A DNA stretch of 21,868 bases. Origin: a virus (taxonomy: Duplodnaviria > Heunggongvirae > Uroviricota > Caudoviricetes). Under the pieces are notes generated by a model. It saw only the letters and a program-made list of their open reading frames with translations, was not told the DNA's origin and searched no databases. The translations under genes were made by a program, and so were the position numbers. Shown here in pieces: positions 1 to 12,051 of this stretch (the stretch's first letter is position 1; each line of letters opens with the position of its first letter). The DNA is taken from the IMG/VR virus record IMGVR_UViG_2700989545_000008. The stretch is one strand, 5' to 3'.

Positions 1-30
1 TATTATATCTAAGTTTATATAGTATATTTA

Positions 31-59
31 TCTCCGGCCTAATCTCCCTAGGCCGGAGA
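31..59 (-). terminator. Candidate rho-independent terminator ending the darB/ulx/lxc-like operon
   Basis: Inverted repeat CTCCGGCC (32-39) / GGCCGGAG (51-58) with an 11-nt loop, beginning 5 nt past the stop of the 64-312 ORF; A/U-rich flank on the minus-strand transcript. Confidence 0.4.
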
Positions 60-63
60 GTTC

Positions 64-312
64 TTAATCAGCATTCAGGAGCAATGCGTTATCTATGATG
101 ATCTGCTCCCATTCCTCGAATGCCCGGTCGCGGACGCCCTGGGGAACGCTGTTAGTTTTGAAATCGACGACCGTCCGCCATTTTCCGTCCGGACGGTACA
201 TGCGCAGAGCTTTACTTCCCCCTTCCCTGCGCACCTCAACGTTATGCTTGTCAGCAAACTCTTGTAATGCTCGTAGCGTCCCATGCTTTACTGTGTAGTA
301 TCGCTTTTTCAA
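64..312 (-). CDS. lxc: 82-aa small protein at the position of P1 Lxc/Bof (C1 co-repressor)
   Basis: TTG start overlapping the upstream stop (CTTGA) with a GGAGA Shine-Dalgarno 5-6 nt upstream; last gene of the darB operon. Identity rests on synteny and size, not on recognised motifs. Confidence 0.4.
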   Translation of the reverse strand: MKKRYYTVKHGTLRALQEFADKHNVEVRREGGSKALRMYRPDGKWRTVVDFKTNSVPQGVRDRAFEEWEQIIIDNALLLNAD

Positions 313-749
313 GTTTTCTCTCCAGCCTGTGCCAAGGCTTCAACTTCCAAATCGTAAGACTCAAACTCATAGTCCTGGTCGTCAACTTCTTCAGGCACTG
401 GCAGTAAATGCCAGGCTGAGTATATCTGACCATTATCAAAACGCTCCTGGCTGTAGAGCGTCGCGGCTATGAGTGTTAGCGCCGGGCGGTCATAACGGTA
501 AATTTTGCGAACGTCACGGTCAACGAGACGACCGAAATTACCATAACCGCGCTCCAGTAATAATTTTTTAATTTCCGGCCAGTATGGACCATAGCTGCGG
601 TACAGGCGGGGATTTTTCAGTAATCGCCCGCGTAGCCCTGACAGGAAGAAATCAACGTATTCGTCTTCTGTCTTTCCTAACAACGCTGTACGGAGTACCG
701 CCTCAAGATATGTTTTATTCGGTTTTATTGTATCAGATAGTGTGGCCAT
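309..749 (-). CDS. ulx: 146-aa protein at the position of P1 Ulx (Dar-system component)
   Basis: ATG start 33 nt downstream of the darB stop; stop overlaps the start of the next ORF. Assignment by synteny only. Confidence 0.4.
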   Translation of the reverse strand: MATLSDTIKPNKTYLEAVLRTALLGKTEDEYVDFFLSGLRGRLLKNPRLYRSYGPYWPEIKKLLLERGYGNFGRLVDRDVRKIYRYDRPALTLIAATLYSQERFDNGQIYSAWHLLPVPEEVDDQDYEFESYDLEVEALAQAGEKT

Positions 750-782
750 ATTATGCGACGCCCGGCGAACCGGGCGCTCCTG

Positions 783-3700
783 TTATGCGTATTGTTGGAT
801 GACGGCCAGAACGTCCGCCACGTTGTGTTTTGTCTCGATAATCCACCAGTTACCCGGGAAATCGCTGTTCTTCGCCTTCGCTGGCAGCCAGCGAGCGCCG
901 AATTTCGCCTTGATTGCGTCTTTCGCACGGAAAAGAACGCCTTTCATGCCTGAGGCTTCCTGAAGCCCAAATACCTCGCCAGCGGCGAATTTTGGTGCGT
1001 ACATCATCTTCAGGTCGGCGGTGGATACGCGATAATTCAGACCAAGAGACTGAGCTATGCTGGTGGCATCACCCTGTATTGATGATAACTCTTCTTGTTT
1101 CTCGTTTCTGGCGGCAATCTCTTCCTCCGTGATGTTGCCAAGGGCTAGGTTTATCCGATCAGCGTCGGCCTGTTTCTCTTCATCGGTGCGCCCGGCAAGA
1201 ACCGTGTTAATTCTCTGCAATATCTCCACATGATTCTTGCGCATGCTGAGCAATTCCGGCGTAACCTCGTTAAGATCCACCAGCCCAAGGATGGCAAGGT
1301 CGGAAAACATTGATACCAGGTTGTAGGTCATGCGATAGCTGAGTTGACCATAGGCTGATGGCAACTTCACCGCATCCATTTGATAGGCATCCATAAATTT
1401 AGAGCCGTCGTTTACGACATCCGCTATTGCAGGTGTGATTTTCCCTGTGGTGGCGGCCTCCCTGATTGCTGTTACCCACGATTGAGTCAGCGCGGCGACT
1501 GCATGATTCAGATTGGCTTCCCGTTCTGCTGCGATGCGCGCGCTTGCTGCGTCCATTGCCTGCTTGATCTCGGCTTTATTGCTGTAAATGCCAATGGTGC
1601 CAAACTGTGCTGTGGTGATCTCATAATCTGACGCCCGGAACTCATTGGTACCGAAAATGGCATTGGTGACTTCAAGTTCAGAATCCCCGTTACGAGTAGC
1701 CCCCTGGCTTGTTTTTTCCGGCATTCTGGCGATCGCATCCGCTATTTTCTCCTGAATTGCTTCAGGGGATAGCGTATCTCCGTATGACGCGATTACATCG
1801 CCATAATTGGAGCCAAACAGTTCAACCAGGAATGTTTCTGCCGAACGGATCTGGCGGTTATTCCCTTCCGACATCATACCAAGCACCCATTTTGCAATTG
1901 ACGACTTCAGCGCGCCGTCACGGCGATCCGGGTAAACCGCATGCTTCAGTGGGTCCGTATAGGTACCAACAAAATCGATGCTATAGCCTGACTCTGTAGT
2001 CTGAACGCCGTATGAGTCAGTGATTTTGATCATGCCGCGCTGCTGGAAACGGTAGAAATCGTCACAGGAAATGATGTCGTTAATCCCGGCGATGGAGACG
2101 CCACCACTGATTTTCTGCATAACAGCATCTTCATCGGGAGTTACATCAACCTGTTTATCCAGCGTCTTCACATCCCAGTTACCCGATTTGGTGCCTTTGA
2201 AGGTAAAGATGATCTCCACGTCTGCGCGCTGGCTGTCGAAGTCCAGCGACTTAATGCGAACGATATCACCGGCACAATCATAGTATTGGCCTACACGCCA
2301 TGAGCGATCGCCGATAACAAGGAACTCATTCGCATGGTTAACCAGATCAGGATCAACATCCAGAATGCCTTTATTTATTGCATCCTCCACCAGCGGGCGC
2401 AGGCGTTTGATATCCGTCGCGGCCTTCTGAGTACGGTTCAATAATTTCTCATAGCGGGAGATGGCCTGAGAGATATTAGCCTTGCGCTGAATGGCGCTTT
2501 TCAACGACGCGCGATACTGTGCTAACAACATACGGTCTGTGTGATGGACGCTACCCCAGCGGGCTTTCCAGTCTGCGTTATCAGCTGCTTTGGCCATTAC
2601 CGCCTGTTTGAATTTAGCTACCTCGGCGGTGGTCTTTTCAAGTTCCGCTTTGCTTCGCTCCAATTCAGCGGTAAGTACCTCCACATCCTCACCAGCTGCG
2701 TGCTGCGCCTTGATGTAGTTCTGAAGGTCGATAGTAGCCTGTTCTTTCTGGCGAGCGCGTTTCGCAGCTTTCGCCTTATCCATTTGAACCTGCATCATTG
2801 CCAGACGTTCGCCGTCATCCTTCGCGGTATACATCTGCATTTCGATCATGTCATTGGCGTCGGCGTTCTCCATTTCTGACTTATCTGAACGGAGGATATC
2901 GGAGATCCAGCCTGCTTTACGCTTCAGCGTCTTCAGTCGGTATTCATCGAAAGACCCCTTGCCGCAGTAGTAGTGAACGCGAACGCTTGCACGGTTGGAG
3001 CCAACTCGTGCACCGCGACCGTTACGTTGTGCGATGCTGGCTGGTGTCCATGGCAACGTCAGATGATGGATGTCAGTCGTTCCTCGATGCAGGTTGATAC
3101 CCACCTCTGCCTTTTTGTTGCAGATGATGATCGGAGTCCGGCCCTCCTGGAAGTCGGCTGCAATCTTTTCCAGACCGCCCAACGACATTTCATTTTGCTG
3201 CGCGATATAGGCGTCATACAGAGCCATTTGCTCGTTGTATTTCGCTATCTGTGCATCTGTTGGTTCATCCGGTAGCTCTTTCGGCGGTTTAACCGCTTTC
3301 AGTTTCTTACCGGTTTTACCTGCCTCGGCAACCGTCTGAGCATTCAGGATCCCCACCTTTGAAGGTTCAAGGTTTAGAGCATTGCAGATAATGCGCTTGA
3401 GCTTCTGGTGCTGCGTTTTTTCATCGGTGAAGATGATTTGCTTACCTTCCGGGAAAAACTCCTTCAGCGTGGCGATCAGCTTCGCGTATTTCGGCGTAAC
3501 GGGGTGAGTTACGGTCTGTTCGTCAATGCCAAACCTGGCCAGGCGCTTATTCACTTCCTGCTCGAACGCTTCCGGAACCTGCAACTGAATAAACTCGCCC
3601 TTATCTATCAGGGAGTATTGCGATTGCTGCGTGATTGAATCATCACTGTCGTCGTCTTCGCTGGTGGCTTGTTTAGGCAAACTGTCCGCCAGCTGCTGCA

Positions 3701-6700
3701 CCGCATCGGCGTACTCCGGCAGGAAACGATAGGTGATCCGGCGATAGTACAGGTCCATGTCAGTACATACGCGGTCCATATCCCTGATTATTGAGAAGAT
3801 CGGACGGGCTTTCTCGTGCTCAATCACGCCGTCTTCATTGACCGAGGTCGTTACGCCATTGTTGGCTTTGGCCGCCGCTTCCGCCTGCTGACGCAATTCT
3901 TCATACGCCGCCAGTTGTTCTTCAGTAAGTGGTGCATCCTGCTGGTGTTCGTCCAGCTCCGGGATCTCCACGGTATCCTTAACGTCTTCCGCCGTTTTAA
4001 GCGTTACCCAGCGATGGAATATACCGCGCAGCGCATCAAGGTTTTCAAAGCCCACCAGCGCCATTTTTTCTTCAACTTCACCGCTAATTTTCTGTACCGT
4101 TTCCAGCCTGGTCTTGCCGAAGAATTTAACGAAGTCATCAGGACCGTAGATCCCCATGTTCTGCCAGTATTCCTTCGGCAGAACATGAGAAAGCATGTTG
4201 TATGCATCGATCGGGGTGTTAACGACTGGCGTTGCAGTCAGGAGAACCGGCCCGCGCCCGCCATTCTTTTTCATCAGGTACGCGTTTTTAATTGCCATAT
4301 CTCGCGCCGATTGCGCCACCGCGCTGGTGGGCAGATAGGCCAGTTGTGACGCTTCGCGACCATTTTTATAGCTATTGCGGTAGTTGTGACCTTCGTCGGC
4401 GATCACACTATCGAAGCCCATATCCTCAAAGTACGGATACTTCTCTGCTTTTTCGGTGCCGGTATCTGAATACTCCGACAATACCCGGCGACGCGCGGCC
4501 TCTTTGCGGTGGGAGTCGGAGTCCATTGCGCTGGCTACGCGCCCGGCTGCAACGAAGTCATAAAGCATATCCTGTGCATGCTCATCTACGGTGTCATCAC
4601 GTAGCGGAATGCGGGCGTATTGTTCTTTGGTAAACACGACTGCACGGTAATTTGAGTGCGGGATCGCGTTCATCCGCGCCGTGATAGTGGCTTCATCTGC
4701 CAGTTTTAGGGCATCGCGCATAACTGGAGTGCCATCAGTACCAAGAACAGGTTTACCGTTCTCATCGAGCACCGGCACCTGGCGAATCTGATCGCCATCC
4801 ATCAGCACATCAAGACCGACGAACAGGTAGTTACTGAATGCCTCTTCACTCAGGAATTCTTTTGCTTCGTAATACCAGTTTTCCAGCACTGATTTAGGCA
4901 CTACATACGCAGTACGGGTGGAGCGACCGTTCTCATAGTTGAACGCCTCAAGCGCCAGCGCGGTCGTAGTTTTACCCAGCCCGGTGCCGAAGCCCAGGAT
5001 GCCGCGCCCATCTTCGGACAGTCGGCGCACTTCGCTATTCTGGTAATCAAATGGCTGGCGCTTACCGCTTAATCCCTTCAACCCAAGCGGATCGCCAGAG
5101 TGTTCATACGGGATATTGCTATTGAACACATCGTTGTATTTGGCAACCAGTTCATCGTAGCGATCGTGCGTCTTGATCCACTTATTGAACTGGTCCTCAA
5201 GCAGTGCCATCTGCTCGCGGTAGCCGTTCGCCGTCGCGCTATCTTTGCCACCGATACGCGCACCATTGAGATACTTTTCCAGCTGTGCCGGGAACCCGGT
5301 CGCGTTTTCACCTGATTTACGGTCCCACTCGTAGCGGATCTCGCCTGTTTCTTTATCCTTGCGCTGGACGACACCGTATCGGTGCCCGACGAACAGGCCA
5401 TCACCACCGTGATAGGTGTCAGAAACCATTTCGTCGCCTTCCAGCTGCACTGACTGCACATAGCGCAGATCCGGATAGCCGTTTTCCTGCAAAAACTCCA
5501 GAATGACGGAACGGTCGAACCAACGGCTATTGAGCTTAAACCGGATATTCTCTGCTGGCGTCTTGATGCGCTTCTCTTCGATCGCTGCCAGCTGATTAAG
5601 GACGTTGTTCTTTACTGGACCGTCGGGGAGCGTGGCGAGGAATTCCTGTTTTGGAGCCACTATCTCGTTAATGTCGCCGCTGGTGGCGCGGGCGAACGGA
5701 ACAATCCCGCCATACGGTGAAACCGCAATACCAGGAGTGCTGGCCAATAAATTAAGCAACTCTTCATCACTGGCTGGCAATTCGCCGGTAAACGCAAGGC
5801 GGAAATCATCGAGCTGGATTGGATCGCGGGTAAGATCGCTATAGAGATAACGCAGGGTGTCCTGATAGCTGGTGGAGTCATAACTGGCGCTGGAATCATG
5901 CGTAACCAGCTTTCCTGTCAGCTCGTCAGAAATAGTGCCATCCAGCTTAATTGCACCACGGAAAGCAAACCAGGCGCGCGCACCGCTTCCCGATAATTTA
6001 GCTATCGGACCGCGACCAGGGTTACCAAAACGGTCAATCTCTGCCTGCAAACGGGATACCAGAGAAAGGCGCTGCTGTTCGATTTGTTCAGCACTATGCC
6101 CGGCGGCCTTCATATCCTGATATTCAATTAACATCCGGCCAATCATCGCCCCACGATACAAGCGTTCACGGTATTTTTCAGGCTGGCTGTTAATCCAGTC
6201 CACCAGCTGCACCATATCGTCGCTGATTGATGTGGTGTACTTATCGCGGACATTTGCCATCTGGGTAAATGTCATACCGAGACGGCCTTCTGTTGTAGTC
6301 AGGTTACGCTGAAGAGCCTCCCAGCTATCCGCGCCATAACTGGCAGCATCAATTTTAAGTTCCTTCCCGGCATCAGCTTCAATCCAGCGACCACCAGCAT
6401 ATTTTTGCCATACGCCATTAATCAGGCGCATTTCCCCTTCACCAACAACGTCTGCGGTCAGTGACGGTTCAGCCATATCGAGCAAAGACCAGTCGATACG
6501 GCTTTCGAAACGATGAATCAGCTTCGCTTTAAGAGCCTGGTTATCAATCTGACCGTCGGCACGAACCTCAATACGCCCCTGGAAGCCCTTTTCCTGGGTG
6601 CCATGAACAAACCGGCGGCCATCCTTTTCAAACCACTTGCCAGAAATAAACGTTGGCCAAAGCACATTTGCCGATTCAAGAGTGCTTTCATCCACCAGGG

Positions 6701-7550
6701 GGATTTTCTCAGCCATCTCTGCCGGATGTTTGCGCATCAGCACCACATCAACGACTGTACTGGTCCCGTTTGCGTCAAAAGTACCGGTAGGCAAGCGGTG
6801 GGCACCAAGAAATTCAGCTTTCCGTGATAGGCGCAGGCGTAACCGCTTCATGTTTGAACCTGAAACAATGGACGGCGGCACAATCACGCACATGAATCCG
6901 CCTGGCTTTATCTTGTCCAGCATGCGGAGCATGAAGTAAGAACCCATGTCCGTTTCTTCTGCGTAAGGCTTATCGATGTTGCGTGTGTTATCACGACCGC
7001 CGAACGGAACGTTACCCACAACATGGTCGAATGAATCGTTAGGCGTGCTTATAGCCAGCTGTTCGAACGGGGAAATCTGTACGCTGTCTTCCGGGTGTAA
7101 CAACTGGTTTATACGACCGGAAACACTGCTGATCTCAGTCGCGGTCATCACCGTACCAACCGGTTTTGTCTCATTAAAAACGCCGGTTCCCGCCGATGGT
7201 TCCAGAGTGTTACCTACGTCCGCGCCGTAGAGCTTCATGATCTCCCAGACACCTTCAGCGATCGGCTTTGGTGTGTAATATTCGGAGACGGACCCGCCAA
7301 TGCCGCCTTCACCGGTGTACCCAGCCAGGATCTGGCGCTGTTCATCTGTCAGTGTCGCGCCGTCCACCAGCGAATTAAGCAAATCTATCGCCTTCTGATT
7401 CGCCTCCCGGCGTAGTCGGTCATAGCTTTTGCCTTCCACCTTTTCCACGCCGTATCTAATCGGCGCTCGGTGAGATGTTATTGCCCTAATGTATTTCAAT
7501 ATTTCGCTGACACTTGAACAGCGAAACACCCCCATAGATAGCTTGTTCAT
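783..7550 (-). CDS. darB: DarB-like giant antirestriction protein (N6-adenine methyltransferase plus SF2 helicase)
   Basis: Uninterrupted 2255-aa ORF. N-terminal methyltransferase-type motifs (EPSAGTGVF; GNVPFGG); helicase Walker A (GFGTGLGKTTTALA) and DEGH box (VIADEGHNYRN). AAGGA Shine-Dalgarno 6 nt before the ATG. Size matches what I recall for P1 DarB. Confidence 0.85.
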   Translation of the reverse strand: MNKLSMGVFRCSSVSEILKYIRAITSHRAPIRYGVEKVEGKSYDRLRREANQKAIDLLNSLVDGATLTDEQRQILAGYTGEGGIGGSVSEYYTPKPIAEGVWEIMKLYGADVGNTLEPSAGTGVFNETKPVGTVMTATEISSVSGRINQLLHPEDSVQISPFEQLAISTPNDSFDHVVGNVPFGGRDNTRNIDKPYAEETDMGSYFMLRMLDKIKPGGFMCVIVPPSIVSGSNMKRLRLRLSRKAEFLGAHRLPTGTFDANGTSTVVDVVLMRKHPAEMAEKIPLVDESTLESANVLWPTFISGKWFEKDGRRFVHGTQEKGFQGRIEVRADGQIDNQALKAKLIHRFESRIDWSLLDMAEPSLTADVVGEGEMRLINGVWQKYAGGRWIEADAGKELKIDAASYGADSWEALQRNLTTTEGRLGMTFTQMANVRDKYTTSISDDMVQLVDWINSQPEKYRERLYRGAMIGRMLIEYQDMKAAGHSAEQIEQQRLSLVSRLQAEIDRFGNPGRGPIAKLSGSGARAWFAFRGAIKLDGTISDELTGKLVTHDSSASYDSTSYQDTLRYLYSDLTRDPIQLDDFRLAFTGELPASDEELLNLLASTPGIAVSPYGGIVPFARATSGDINEIVAPKQEFLATLPDGPVKNNVLNQLAAIEEKRIKTPAENIRFKLNSRWFDRSVILEFLQENGYPDLRYVQSVQLEGDEMVSDTYHGGDGLFVGHRYGVVQRKDKETGEIRYEWDRKSGENATGFPAQLEKYLNGARIGGKDSATANGYREQMALLEDQFNKWIKTHDRYDELVAKYNDVFNSNIPYEHSGDPLGLKGLSGKRQPFDYQNSEVRRLSEDGRGILGFGTGLGKTTTALALEAFNYENGRSTRTAYVVPKSVLENWYYEAKEFLSEEAFSNYLFVGLDVLMDGDQIRQVPVLDENGKPVLGTDGTPVMRDALKLADEATITARMNAIPHSNYRAVVFTKEQYARIPLRDDTVDEHAQDMLYDFVAAGRVASAMDSDSHRKEAARRRVLSEYSDTGTEKAEKYPYFEDMGFDSVIADEGHNYRNSYKNGREASQLAYLPTSAVAQSARDMAIKNAYLMKKNGGRGPVLLTATPVVNTPIDAYNMLSHVLPKEYWQNMGIYGPDDFVKFFGKTRLETVQKISGEVEEKMALVGFENLDALRGIFHRWVTLKTAEDVKDTVEIPELDEHQQDAPLTEEQLAAYEELRQQAEAAAKANNGVTTSVNEDGVIEHEKARPIFSIIRDMDRVCTDMDLYYRRITYRFLPEYADAVQQLADSLPKQATSEDDDSDDSITQQSQYSLIDKGEFIQLQVPEAFEQEVNKRLARFGIDEQTVTHPVTPKYAKLIATLKEFFPEGKQIIFTDEKTQHQKLKRIICNALNLEPSKVGILNAQTVAEAGKTGKKLKAVKPPKELPDEPTDAQIAKYNEQMALYDAYIAQQNEMSLGGLEKIAADFQEGRTPIIICNKKAEVGINLHRGTTDIHHLTLPWTPASIAQRNGRGARVGSNRASVRVHYYCGKGSFDEYRLKTLKRKAGWISDILRSDKSEMENADANDMIEMQMYTAKDDGERLAMMQVQMDKAKAAKRARQKEQATIDLQNYIKAQHAAGEDVEVLTAELERSKAELEKTTAEVAKFKQAVMAKAADNADWKARWGSVHHTDRMLLAQYRASLKSAIQRKANISQAISRYEKLLNRTQKAATDIKRLRPLVEDAINKGILDVDPDLVNHANEFLVIGDRSWRVGQYYDCAGDIVRIKSLDFDSQRADVEIIFTFKGTKSGNWDVKTLDKQVDVTPDEDAVMQKISGGVSIAGINDIISCDDFYRFQQRGMIKITDSYGVQTTESGYSIDFVGTYTDPLKHAVYPDRRDGALKSSIAKWVLGMMSEGNNRQIRSAETFLVELFGSNYGDVIASYGDTLSPEAIQEKIADAIARMPEKTSQGATRNGDSELEVTNAIFGTNEFRASDYEITTAQFGTIGIYSNKAEIKQAMDAASARIAAEREANLNHAVAALTQSWVTAIREAATTGKITPAIADVVNDGSKFMDAYQMDAVKLPSAYGQLSYRMTYNLVSMFSDLAILGLVDLNEVTPELLSMRKNHVEILQRINTVLAGRTDEEKQADADRINLALGNITEEEIAARNEKQEELSSIQGDATSIAQSLGLNYRVSTADLKMMYAPKFAAGEVFGLQEASGMKGVLFRAKDAIKAKFGARWLPAKAKNSDFPGNWWIIETKHNVADVLAVIQQYA

Positions 7551-10347
<2,797 letters not shown>

Positions 10348-10358
10348 CCACCAAAAAT

Positions 10359-10380
10359 AACCCCGGCGGCTGCCGGGGTT
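10359..10380. terminator. Bidirectional intrinsic terminator between convergent pro and the lyz unit
   Basis: Perfect stem AACCCCGGC / GCCGGGGTT with a 4-nt loop (GGCT); UUUUU tract on the minus-strand transcript, UUCUCGUU on the plus; 12 nt past both converging stops. Confidence 0.7.
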
Positions 10381-10391
10381 CTCGTTAACTA

Positions 10392-10646
10392 TTATCGCCT
10401 TCGCCTGCGTGCCATATATTTGCGCACCGCGCGGCGTGGACAATCTGAAGCGGTTTCTTTCTGCTGCATCAATCTTGCAGCCATGCTCAAAAATGTCAGG
10501 CACAGCCGAAGCCCGGCATACAATAGCGGTTCCAGTGGCCACGTCTCATTGAGCACATATACCGCCATGAAAATCGAGTCGAAAACTATCGCCGCCAACG
10601 ATAACTTCATTGTCGAAAGTCGGCGGAGCTGCCGGAGTTTATTCAT
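10392..10646 (-). CDS. Small hydrophobic protein coupled to lyz (putative lysis accessory)
   Basis: 84-aa ORF whose ATG overlaps the lyz stop (ATGAATAA). Hydrophobic core (LSLAAIVFDSIFMAVYVL) and an arginine-rich C-terminus. Followed by the terminator. Confidence 0.45.
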   Translation of the reverse strand: MNKLRQLRRLSTMKLSLAAIVFDSIFMAVYVLNETWPLEPLLYAGLRLCLTFLSMAARLMQQKETASDCPRRAVRKYMARRRRR

Positions 10647-11196
10647 TGACCAGTCCCGTCAGGCAAAGCTGGCGTTCTTTTTCACGGCGAATCTTTAAAC
10701 CTCGCAGGGGCACGCCGTTACTGTTCACGAAATCAGGGAGATGGTTACACATATTCACCCATTCCCCTTTCTGCGCCCACTTGTGGATGGACGTTTCTAC
10801 TCGCATGCCTCGCGCTTTGCTGTAGTAGGTCCGTAAGCTATTGCATCCCATATTGAATGCCGCGCTTGTCATTGCACTGAAGGCATTATCGGGCATGTCT
10901 TTGCCCCGGAAGTGCTGATTAATACAGCGTTCAGCGATCAGGATATTCTTTTCCCAATCAGCGGCGATTTGCTGGTCTGTTTTTCGCACACCCGGCGTTA
11001 CCCCGTGTGTATTACCGATCCCGTCAGTCCATACCCCTGCCGGGCACATGTATGGATCACGTCGGCAACCTTCAGCGTTACCAATCAGCTCAAGCCCCGC
11101 CTGGTTGGTTCGCACATTGCCATTACCCATCACGATGGTAATCATCACCGCGATAGCGCAAATTGCACCGCCTCCTGCGGCTGTTTTTCCCTTCAT
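10639..11196 (-). CDS. lyz: SAR endolysin, lysozyme family (P1 Lyz-like)
   Basis: Internal ATG (MKGKTAAGGGAICAIAVMITIVMG...) gives 185 aa with a glycine/alanine-rich N-terminal signal-anchor-release segment and T4-lysozyme-type motifs (GLELIGNAEGCRRDPYMCPAGVWTDGIGNTHG). GAGG precedes this ATG. The track's 33-aa N-terminal extension is probably untranslated. Confidence 0.85.
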   Translation of the reverse strand: MKGKTAAGGGAICAIAVMITIVMGNGNVRTNQAGLELIGNAEGCRRDPYMCPAGVWTDGIGNTHGVTPGVRKTDQQIAADWEKNILIAERCINQHFRGKDMPDNAFSAMTSAAFNMGCNSLRTYYSKARGMRVETSIHKWAQKGEWVNMCNHLPDFVNSNGVPLRGLKIRREKERQLCLTGLVNE

Positions 11197-11328
11197 AAAG
11201 ACCTCATAAGCGAATTTTTTACGCTCCAGGACAAACACCCATTCACAGCCAATACCGACTGACTCGATCCCTTTAGAAGGCACAGGATAATGCAAATCAC
11301 TTGTTAGCTACGTTTCAAAGATATACAT

Positions 11329-11345
11329 TATTGCTCTAATTAATT
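11329..11345 (+). promoter_or_regulatory. C1-repressor operator-like 17-mer upstream of ssb
   Basis: ATTGCTCTAATTAATTT matches the asymmetric P1 C1 operator consensus as I recall it (ATTGCTCTAATAAATTT) at 16 of 17 positions; ends 20 nt before the ssb start codon. Confidence 0.5.
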
Positions 11346-11365
11346 TATTTTATTAGGTAAGATAA

Positions 11366-11854
11366 GTGGCACAACGCGGTGTAAACAAAGTCATCCTGAT
11401 TGGTACCCTGGGGCAAGACCCGGAGATCAGGTATATACCAAATGGCGGCGCGGTCGGAAGACTCAGCATCGCAACGAATGAATCATGGCGGGACAAGCAA
11501 ACGGGCCAACAGAAAGAGCAAACAGAATGGCATAAAGTCGTTTTGTTCGGAAAACTTGCTGAAATTGCGAGTGAGTATTTACGAAAAGGTTCTCAGGTCT
11601 ACATCGAAGGGAAACTTAAAACCCGTAAGTGGACAGATGACGCCGGTGTAGAACGTTACACGACGGAAATTATCGTCAGCCAGGGCGGCACCATGCAAAT
11701 GATCGGCGCTCGCCGTGACGATTCACAGTCCTCAAATGGCTGGGGGCAATCAAACCAACCTCAAAACCACCAGCAATACAGTGGTGGCGGTAAACCTCAG
11801 AGCAACGCCAATAACGAACCTCCAATGGACTTTGACGACGATATTCCGTTTTGA
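11366..11854 (+). CDS. ssb: Single-stranded DNA-binding protein
   Basis: 162 aa, GTG start. N-terminal OB-fold region nearly collinear with E. coli SSB ([20 protein letters not shown]...; [30 protein letters not shown]), glycine/glutamine-rich linker and acidic tail [11 protein letters not shown]. Confidence 0.9.
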   Translation: MAQRGVNKVILIGTLGQDPEIRYIPNGGAVGRLSIATNESWRDKQTGQQKEQTEWHKVVLFGKLAEIASEYLRKGSQVYIEGKLKTRKWTDDAGVERYTTEIIVSQGGTMQMIGARRDDSQSSNGWGQSNQPQNHQQYSGGGKPQSNANNEPPMDFDDDIPF

Positions 11855-11950
11855 ATGTGTAAAAAACGACTGAAAGAAAAGCGGTGGTCCAGACGCCGAC
11901 AAAAGCACGAACTCGCAAACAAACGCCAAAGTTGGCAATGGCACGCGCTT

Positions 11951-12031
11951 NNNNNNNNNNNNNNNNNNNNNNNNNNNNNNNNNNNNNNNNNNNNNNNNNN
12001 NNNNNNNNNNNNNNNNNNNNNNNNNNNNNNN
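11951..12031. other. 81-nt run of N (masked or unresolved sequence)
   Basis: Literal n characters. The long 11884-12729 ORF in the track is an artefact of translating through them. Confidence 1.
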
Positions 12032-12051
12032 TTTTAAGCAGAGGAAAGACT

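Noticed and set aside
1380-6939. Numerous plus-strand ORFs of 60-180 aa inside the darB coding region (for example 3816-4349, 2541-2879, 6513-6827).
   Set aside because: They are antisense to a 2255-aa gene with clear domain motifs; they have no ribosome-binding sites and low-complexity or biased composition typical of antisense frames.
10912-11262. 116-aa plus-strand ORF overlapping lyz.
   Set aside because: Antisense to the clearly recognisable endolysin gene.
11197-11365. Looked for a LexA box (CTGT-N8-ACAG) upstream of ssb, since E. coli ssb is SOS-regulated.
   Set aside because: No such palindrome seen; the C1-operator-like 17-mer is the only recognisable regulatory motif.
11884-12051. 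Track ORF starting at 11884 and running through the N run into the DUF2829 gene (281 aa), and the 60-aa ORF at 11855-12037.
   Set aside because: Both are produced by translating N as X. The visible part before the run is a low-complexity basic stretch with no ribosome-binding site, and a good start with Shine-Dalgarno exists at 12052.
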